Shown here in pieces: positions 16,923 to 22,428 of a stretch of 22,428 nt of DNA. Below the pieces are notes generated by a model. The model had not been told where the DNA came from, made no database searches, and was given only the letters and a program-made list of their open reading frames with translations. The stretch is from the NCBI GenBank assembly GCA_964436975.1, contig CAYTET010000008.1:1-22428 (forward strand), written 5' to 3'. The first letter of the stretch is position 1. Every line of letters begins with the position of its first letter. Made by a program: the position numbers and the translations under genes. Origin of the DNA: an uncultured Erysipelotrichaceae bacterium (GTDB lineage: Bacteria; Bacillota_I; Bacilli_A; Erysipelotrichales; Erysipelotrichaceae).

Positions 16923-17645
16923 ATGAATAGTGCAGTAGATTTATCCAGTCTGACCCTGACGCCCTGGGAGATTATCATCCGGCTGGCGGGGGCCATGGTA
17001 ATAGGGGCCATCATCGGCACCGAGCGGGAATACACCCACCGGCCGGCCGGCATGCGGACCCATATGCTGGTGGCGCTGGGATCATGCGCCGTAATGGTGA
17101 CCAGCCAGCTGATGTTTGTGCAGTATCACGCTTTCGGGGCTTCCCCGGATCCGGCCCGGCTGCCGGCGCAGGTTATCGCCGGGGTTGGCTTTTTAGGCGC
17201 CGGCACGATTTTAAGGGACGGCACCTCCATCAAGGGTCTGACCACGGCGGCCAGTGTCTGGGCGGTGGCCTGTCTGGGCATTGCCATCGGCGCCGGCTAT
17301 TATATTCTGGCGGTGGCCGGTACGGCCTGCATGCTGATAACGCTGACTTTCTTTGAGTGGCTGCAGAAAAAGCTGATCCACAGCCGCTATGAGACCTATC
17401 TGTTTCTGGTGCAGTCAACCAATGTCGTGGTGACCTTAGCCCAGATCAACAAGCTGGCCATCGAAGTCGAAGCTTCCGTCAGCAGCATCCAGGTCAATGA
17501 AATAAACGATAACGGCAACTACAGCATCAACTTCCGGACTAATTTTTCCGGCCGGCATGCCTCCACGCGGATGCAGCAGTTCTTAATGGATCTGACCAGT
17601 GATGAATGCACGGTCTCCATTAAATCGGAGCAGATCAGACTGTAG
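16923..17645 (+). CDS. MgtC/SapB family membrane protein
   Basis: 240 aa; AGAMVIGAIIGTEREYTHRPAGMRTHMLVALGSCAVM, GVGFLGAGTILRDGTSIKGLTTAASVWAVACLGIAIG, plus a C-terminal ACT-like region. Confidence 0.92.
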   Translation: MNSAVDLSSLTLTPWEIIIRLAGAMVIGAIIGTEREYTHRPAGMRTHMLVALGSCAVMVTSQLMFVQYHAFGASPDPARLPAQVIAGVGFLGAGTILRDGTSIKGLTTAASVWAVACLGIAIGAGYYILAVAGTACMLITLTFFEWLQKKLIHSRYETYLFLVQSTNVVVTLAQINKLAIEVEASVSSIQVNEINDNGNYSINFRTNFSGRHASTRMQQFLMDLTSDECTVSIKSEQIRL

Positions 17646-17664
17646 CCTGTTTATCCGATAATTC

Positions 17665-17713
17665 AGGCAAAGATAACGGCTCTGGGCCAGCCGGCTGTCT
17701 TTGCCTTGTTTTA
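17665..17713 (+). terminator. Rho-independent terminator ending the HAD/iPGM/MgtC unit
   Basis: AGGCAAAGA (17665-17673) pairs with TCTTTGCCT (17698-17706), inner stem CGGCT/AGCCG, then TGTTTTAT. Confidence 0.75.
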
Positions 17714-17737
17714 TAACAAGAAAAGGAGATTTCCATT

Positions 17738-18622
17738 ATGAAGCAGCAATATGATTTAATGCTTGTCGGACCGGCTTCCCGGGACGAAAATATCGACTAT
17801 ACCGGGGCTGTCGACAAGTCCATCGGCGGGGCCGTGACGTTCTGCTCGGCTTCAGCCCAGGCGGCCAGCGGCAGTGTTTTTGCGGCAGTTGTCGCCGCCC
17901 CCAATGAGCCGGATGTCATGGATTCCATTATTCTGGATGATGATGACAAGATGCTGATTCCGTCTTCGGTAACCACCTCGATCCGCAACCAGTACTTCAC
18001 GGCGGACCGGGAAAGACGCGAGTCCAAGTGCATTGCCCAGTCTGATCCGGTCACCCCGGATAAGATTCCGGCCGGCCATTTCAAGATGTATCATTTAGCC
18101 GGACTTTTATACGGCGATTTCCCCAACGAGCTTATTGTTGATCTGGCATCCAAGGGCCAGCTGGCCGGGGATGCCCAGGGCTTTTTAAGACACAATGAAA
18201 ACGGGGCGATGGTTTTCCATGACTGGGCCGACAAAAAGGAAATGCTGAAGCACTTTGCCTTTCTGAAAACAGACGCTTTGGAAGCCCTGACTCTGACCGG
18301 CTTTGAAGACCGGGCCAAGGCAGCTGAACAGCTGTACCAGTGGGGGGCTAAAGAAGTTATGGTTTCCCATAACAGCGAGATAATGGTCTATGATGGCAAC
18401 AAGGTCTATACCTGCCCGATCAAAGCCCGCAACCTGTCCGGCCGGACCGGCCGGGGTGACACGACGACCGGGGCTTATCTGGCCCGCCGGCTGGACGGTG
18501 ATGACGTTGAAACAGCGCTGCTGTATGCGACCGCCTGTGTTTCTTTGAAGATGGAAAAAGTCGGCGTGTTCAGCCACAGCCGGCAGGATGTCTACGATTA
18601 TATTGCCCAGTTTTACCGCTGA
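17738..18622 (+). CDS. PfkB-family carbohydrate/nucleoside kinase
   Basis: 294 aa; GGAVTFCSASAQAA and C-terminal PfkB-like motif LSGRTGRGDTTTGAYLARRL; RBS aaaaggag. Confidence 0.82.
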   Translation: MKQQYDLMLVGPASRDENIDYTGAVDKSIGGAVTFCSASAQAASGSVFAAVVAAPNEPDVMDSIILDDDDKMLIPSSVTTSIRNQYFTADRERRESKCIAQSDPVTPDKIPAGHFKMYHLAGLLYGDFPNELIVDLASKGQLAGDAQGFLRHNENGAMVFHDWADKKEMLKHFAFLKTDALEALTLTGFEDRAKAAEQLYQWGAKEVMVSHNSEIMVYDGNKVYTCPIKARNLSGRTGRGDTTTGAYLARRLDGDDVETALLYATACVSLKMEKVGVFSHSRQDVYDYIAQFYR

Positions 18623-18632
18623 GACTAAAAAG

Positions 18633-18656
18633 GCCGTTGCTGAAACGGCTTTTTTT
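18633..18656 (+). terminator. Rho-independent terminator
   Basis: GCCGTT-gctga-AACGGC followed by TTTTTTT, 10 bp after the pfkB-type stop codon. Confidence 0.85.
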
Positions 18657-18774
18657 ATGATTGGTCGGCCGGATCGGTTATAGCCCCAAATCCGTTAACC
18701 GGCGCTGCGCTGTCGTCTTTAACCATTTTGTTAAGATCCGCAGTTGTAAACCTGTGATGCAGGCGTGGGCCGTA

Positions 18775-18783
18775 TGCTATAAT
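18775..18783 (+). promoter_or_regulatory. Extended -10 promoter element TGCTATAAT
   Basis: TGnTATAAT directly upstream of gagagacaaacaggaggaataaataATG; no strong -35 seen. Confidence 0.5.
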
Positions 18784-18808
18784 GAGAGACAAACAGGAGG
18801 AATAAATA

Positions 18809-20196
18809 ATGAAGGCGTGGGAATTGGAACGTCAGAATATGGACCACAGTGTACCGGTTCATATGGCCGACAACAACGAAGAAATATGGGAAGAGCAGAG
18901 CAATGGGCCGGAGCAGGCTCAGGATGCCACCATTAAGAATTACTGGGCCAGCAAGGTCCCGGGCTCACGGGCTTCCGAATCGATTATCATCGCCGCTGTC
19001 CAGGCCATGGAAAACCGCGGCTATTCTGTTAAAAACAGCGAAGACATGTGGCTGGCCGGACTGAGTGCGGTGGCCGGCGAAGACGTTGTCAGCATGCACA
19101 AAAACTACTATAAGATCATGCAGGCCTGCCTGCAGGCGGAAAAGGATGAAAGTTCGCCGTACTGGCAGCAGCATTTCTATGATACTTTTGAAGAATACGA
19201 AAAGGCCGTCAAATTTCCCCAGGCCCGCCCGGTTGACATGGGCAATATGCTGGTTGACAAGATCGAAGCCGGCTGGCTGGGCCAGATTATCGGCGGAGCC
19301 TACGGCACCTGTCTGGAAGGGTATACCACCGACAACATCATGAAAGCCTATCCGCATCTGGATATCTACCAGCGCAAGCCGAATACCTATAACGATGACA
19401 TTACTTATGAACTGGCCCTGCTGCTGGCTTATGAGGAGAACGGCAAAGCAACGACATCACGCGACATTGCCGACGAATGGGTCAGCCGGATTGCCTTTGG
19501 CTGGTCAGCCGAGGATATGGCGCTGCGCAATCTGCGCTGCGGTATGATGCCGCCGGAGTCCGGCCGTTTCAACAACCCTTATTATGAGTGGATCGGGGCC
19601 CAGATGCGCGGGGCGGTTTTGGGCCAGCTTTATCCGGGTGATCCGTACAATGCGGCCAAAGCGGCCTGGCAGGACGGCATTATCTCCCATGCCCGCAACG
19701 GTGTCTTGGGCGAAGTGTTCAATGCCATCATGGTGGCCATGGCTTTCTACCAGAATGATCTAGACAGCTGGTCAAGGATGCAGTGGCCCTGATGCCGGCC
19801 GACAGCGAATACGGCCAGGTCGTCCGGTTTGCTTTGGAGCAGTGTGAAAACAGCGCCGACTGGCTGACCGCCTGGCGGCCCTGCGAAAAGAAGTACGAGC
19901 GCTATAACTGGGTGCATGCCTATCCCAATGCCTGCGCCGAAGTGGTGGCCTTATGGTTCTGCCAGGATGATTTCACCAAACTGCTGGTTATTTCCGGCGG
20001 CTGCGGCCAGGACGTTGACTGCAATGCGGCTCAGATTGCTACCGTATGGGCAACCCGCAAGGGCAAACAGGCTATCCCGGCCTACTGGACCGAGCCTATC
20101 GGCGACCATCTGGATACCTATGTCCGCGGCTTAAAGCAGCTGAGCATCCGCCAGCTGGCCGTCCGGACGGCGGCTGTGGCAAACCACCTGAAATAA
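18809..20196 (+). pseudogene. ADP-ribosylglycohydrolase family protein, frameshifted into two ORFs (18809-19792 and 19783-20196)
   Basis: First ORF has AGWLGQIIGGAYGTCLEG, YNDDITYELALLLAYEENG, RGAVLGQLYPGDP. The continuation (LVKDAVALMPADSEYGQVVRFAL...HAYPNACAEVVALW...ISGGCGQDVDCNAAQIATVWA) is in a different frame; together they make one ARH-like domain. Confidence 0.75.
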
Positions 20197-20238
20197 AAGG
20201 GTGAAAGCGAATACAAAAAATAGACCCATTTACTTGAA

Positions 20239-20267
20239 TTGACAGGGTCGGTATTGTATTATTATTT
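20239..20267 (+). promoter_or_regulatory. Candidate promoter for the BMP lipoprotein gene
   Basis: TTGACA at 20239-20244, then an AT-rich TATTATTATTT -10 region at a 15-17 bp spacing. Confidence 0.5.
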
Positions 20268-20294
20268 AAGCAAACTACTCAAGAGGGAGGAAAC

Positions 20295-21452
20295 ATGAAA
20301 AAACTTTTGAAGATTGCTCTTTGCGCACTGCTGGTGTTCGGCATGGCCGCTTGCGGCACCACCGGCGGTGACACAAAAGATGATCGTATCCGTCTGGTAT
20401 ACATCATCAACGGAACCTTAGGTGATAAGTCATTCTTTGATTCCGGAAAAGAAGGTCTGGATCTTATTGATGCCAAGTATGGCGATAAGGTCTATACCGA
20501 GTATCGTGAGCTGACCTATGACGATTCGACATGGGAACAGAAGGCTCAGGATATTGTGGCTGAAGGCTGGGATATCGTTATCGCCGGCACTTATGACATG
20601 CTGGGCTATTTTGAAGGCAGCAATGGCAATGAGGGCTTAGCTACCAAGTATCCCGATACCAAGTTCTGGTTCTTTGATGAATCTTGGGATTTCACGGCTT
20701 ATCCTAATACCAACGTTTATGGCATGCTGTTCAGCCAGAACGAAGGTTCCTTCGCTGTCGGTGTCATCGCTGCGATGACCACCAAGACCAACAAGGTTGC
20801 CTTTGAAGGCGGTATGGATAACACGGTTCTGGATGACTTCTTCGTTGGCTTCTATGAGGGCGTCAAGTATGAAGCTGCTCAGTTAGGCAAAGAAATCACG
20901 GTCACTCTGGACTGGATGAATTCATTCTCTGATTCCACAGTCGGCAAGGACAAAGCCGGTGCTCTGTACAACCAGGGCTACGATGTTGTCTTCGCCTGCG
21001 GCGGCTCAGCCGGTTTAGGCGTTTTCGATGCTGCTGTTGAATACAATACGGCTAATCCGAATAACCCGGTTTATGTCATCGGTGTTGATGGCGACCAGGG
21101 TGCTTATTTCGGTTCATTATCTGATGATCTCAGCAAGTCCAAAGCCAGCTGCACTGTTACTTCCATGCAGAAGAACGTTAACCAGGGCTTCCTGTATGCC
21201 ATGGGCAAACATCTGGATAACACCCTGCCTTACGGCCAGGTTGAACATCTGGGCTTGAACGGCGGCTTCGTTTCCGCTTCCGTCAATGATTACACCAAAG
21301 CTATTCTGAGCAATGACCAGATCACATCCGTTAACGCTATTGTTGATCAGATCGTTGCTGGTACCCTGACTGTTGATTCCATGTTTGGCGATAAGGCCTT
21401 AACACAGGATCAGTTCAAACAGTTTGGCGCAGGCACTTGGGTTCAGAAGTAG
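20295..21452 (+). CDS. BMP/PnrA-family ABC transporter substrate-binding lipoprotein (nucleoside-type)
   Basis: 385 aa; lipobox MKKLLKIALCALLVFGMAACG, LVYIINGTLGDKSFFDSGKEGL, GMLFSQNEGSFAVGVIAAMTTKTNKVAFEGGMD, VDGDQG. Confidence 0.9.
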   Translation: MKKLLKIALCALLVFGMAACGTTGGDTKDDRIRLVYIINGTLGDKSFFDSGKEGLDLIDAKYGDKVYTEYRELTYDDSTWEQKAQDIVAEGWDIVIAGTYDMLGYFEGSNGNEGLATKYPDTKFWFFDESWDFTAYPNTNVYGMLFSQNEGSFAVGVIAAMTTKTNKVAFEGGMDNTVLDDFFVGFYEGVKYEAAQLGKEITVTLDWMNSFSDSTVGKDKAGALYNQGYDVVFACGGSAGLGVFDAAVEYNTANPNNPVYVIGVDGDQGAYFGSLSDDLSKSKASCTVTSMQKNVNQGFLYAMGKHLDNTLPYGQVEHLGLNGGFVSASVNDYTKAILSNDQITSVNAIVDQIVAGTLTVDSMFGDKALTQDQFKQFGAGTWVQK

Positions 21453-21493
21453 AAATAATCAATATATCGGCATTATTCAATAGCTGATAAACG

Positions 21494-21535
21494 ATACCCG
21501 GCAACCTCTGACTTTACTCAGAGGTTGCTTGGTAT
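21494..21535 (+). other. Intercistronic hairpin between the BMP lipoprotein gene and its ATPase gene, weak T-tract
   Basis: ATACC-cg-GCAACCTCTG-actttact-CAGAGGTTGC-tt-GGTAT: perfect 10-bp inner stem plus 5-bp outer stem. Confidence 0.75.
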
Positions 21536-21575
21536 TTACTCACACGGCACACGCCTGGAAAGGGAGACAGGGCCA

Positions 21576-22428
21576 ATGGAAGATTATCTGGTGATGAAAG
21601 ACATCACTAAAGTTTACGATAACGGTATTATGGCCAATGATAAGCTGTGTTTCTCCGCCCGCAAGGGTGAGATACATGCCATCTGCGGTGAAAACGGTGC
21701 CGGCAAAAGTACGCTGATGTCAATGCTGTTCGGCATCGAGCAGCCCAATGAAGGAGATATTATCATCAAGGGTGAAAAGGTTAAACTGAGTTCACCGATG
21801 GACGCCATCAGCAAGGGCATAGGCATGGTTCACCAGCATTTTATGCTGGTGCCGTCTCTGACTGTTGCTGAAAACGTAATTTTAGGAATCGAGCCGACCA
21901 AAGGCTTGAAATTTGACAAGGAAAAAGCTATCCAGATGACAGCTGACGTTGCCAAAAAATATAATTTTGATATTAATCCGCGTTCCCGCGTTGAGGAGCT
22001 GCCTGTCGGCATTAAGCAGAAGGTAGAAATCATCAAGGCGCTGGTGCGCGGCTGCGATATATTGATTCTTGACGAACCGACGGCTGTTTTAACGCCGCAG
22101 GAGACCAAGGAGCTGTTTGAACAGCTGAAGAGCCTGCGCAAGGCCGGCCATACCATCATCTTTATTTCCCATAAGCTCAATGAAGTCAAGGAGCTGTGCG
22201 ACCGGGTCACCGTCATCAGACGGGGCAAGACCATCGGTGTTTATGATGTGGATAAAGTATCGGAAACGGATATTTCCCGTTATATGGTCGGTGTTGACGT
22301 CAGCTTGGAAATCGAAAAGAAAAAGGCCGAGCCCAAGGAAAATGTACTGGTGGTTGACAAACTGACCAGCTACAACGAAGCCGGCCGCAAGGCCCTGGAT
22401 GAAGTTTCATTCTCGGTGCGCAGCGGCG
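21576..22428 (+). CDS. BMP-family (nucleoside-type) ABC transporter ATP-binding protein, N-terminal part; runs off the window
   Basis: MEDYLVMKDITKVYDNGIMANDKLCFSARKGEIHAICGENGAGKSTLMSMLFGIEQP... with Walker A GENGAGKST and Walker B ILDEPTAVLTPQE; open to the last base. Confidence 0.93.
   Translation, partial: MEDYLVMKDITKVYDNGIMANDKLCFSARKGEIHAICGENGAGKSTLMSMLFGIEQPNEGDIIIKGEKVKLSSPMDAISKGIGMVHQHFMLVPSLTVAENVILGIEPTKGLKFDKEKAIQMTADVAKKYNFDINPRSRVEELPVGIKQKVEIIKALVRGCDILILDEPTAVLTPQETKELFEQLKSLRKAGHTIIFISHKLNEVKELCDRVTVIRRGKTIGVYDVDKVSETDISRYMVGVDVSLEIEKKKAEPKENVLVVDKLTSYNEAGRKALDEVSFSVRSG

Noticed and set aside
19759-19792. Programmed -1 ribosomal frameshift in the ADP-ribosylglycohydrolase gene
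   Set aside because: No X_XXY_YYZ slippery heptamer in the overlap window and no obvious downstream pseudoknot; a simple indel is the better explanation.
1-22428. CRISPR arrays, tRNA/rRNA genes, transposases, phage genes or anti-phage defence modules
   Set aside because: No regularly spaced direct repeats, RNA gene signatures or integrase/transposase/nuclease motifs were seen; the window reads as metabolic and transport genes.

Overview
The window appears to come from a Firmicutes-like chromosome (strong AGGAG ribosome-binding sites, Rho-independent terminators). It holds five blocks. (1) The 3' end of a myo-inositol catabolism operon: iolE (partial), iolB, iolD and an iolG-like gene, closed by a hairpin. 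(2) A ferric/phosphosugar-type ABC importer (fused double permease, ATPase, lipoprotein) followed by a small membrane protein, a ComEC-like MBL hydrolase and a HAD protein. (3) A LacI-family regulator on the minus strand. (4) A divergent, compact six-gene unit: four tandem HAD paralogs, an apparently circularly permuted cofactor-independent phosphoglycerate mutase and MgtC/SapB, ending at a structured terminator. (5) A PfkB kinase, a frameshifted ADP-ribosylglycohydrolase, a BMP/PnrA-type lipoprotein and the start of its ABC ATPase. The strongest observations are: the permuted iPGM; five HAD paralogs that all have Gly in place of the motif I Asp+2 acid/base; a repeated AAACGTTT-centred palindrome near three candidate start regions, suggesting one regulon; and hairpins without T-tracts flanking both solute-binding-protein genes. 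All family calls come from motif reading; no database search was run.
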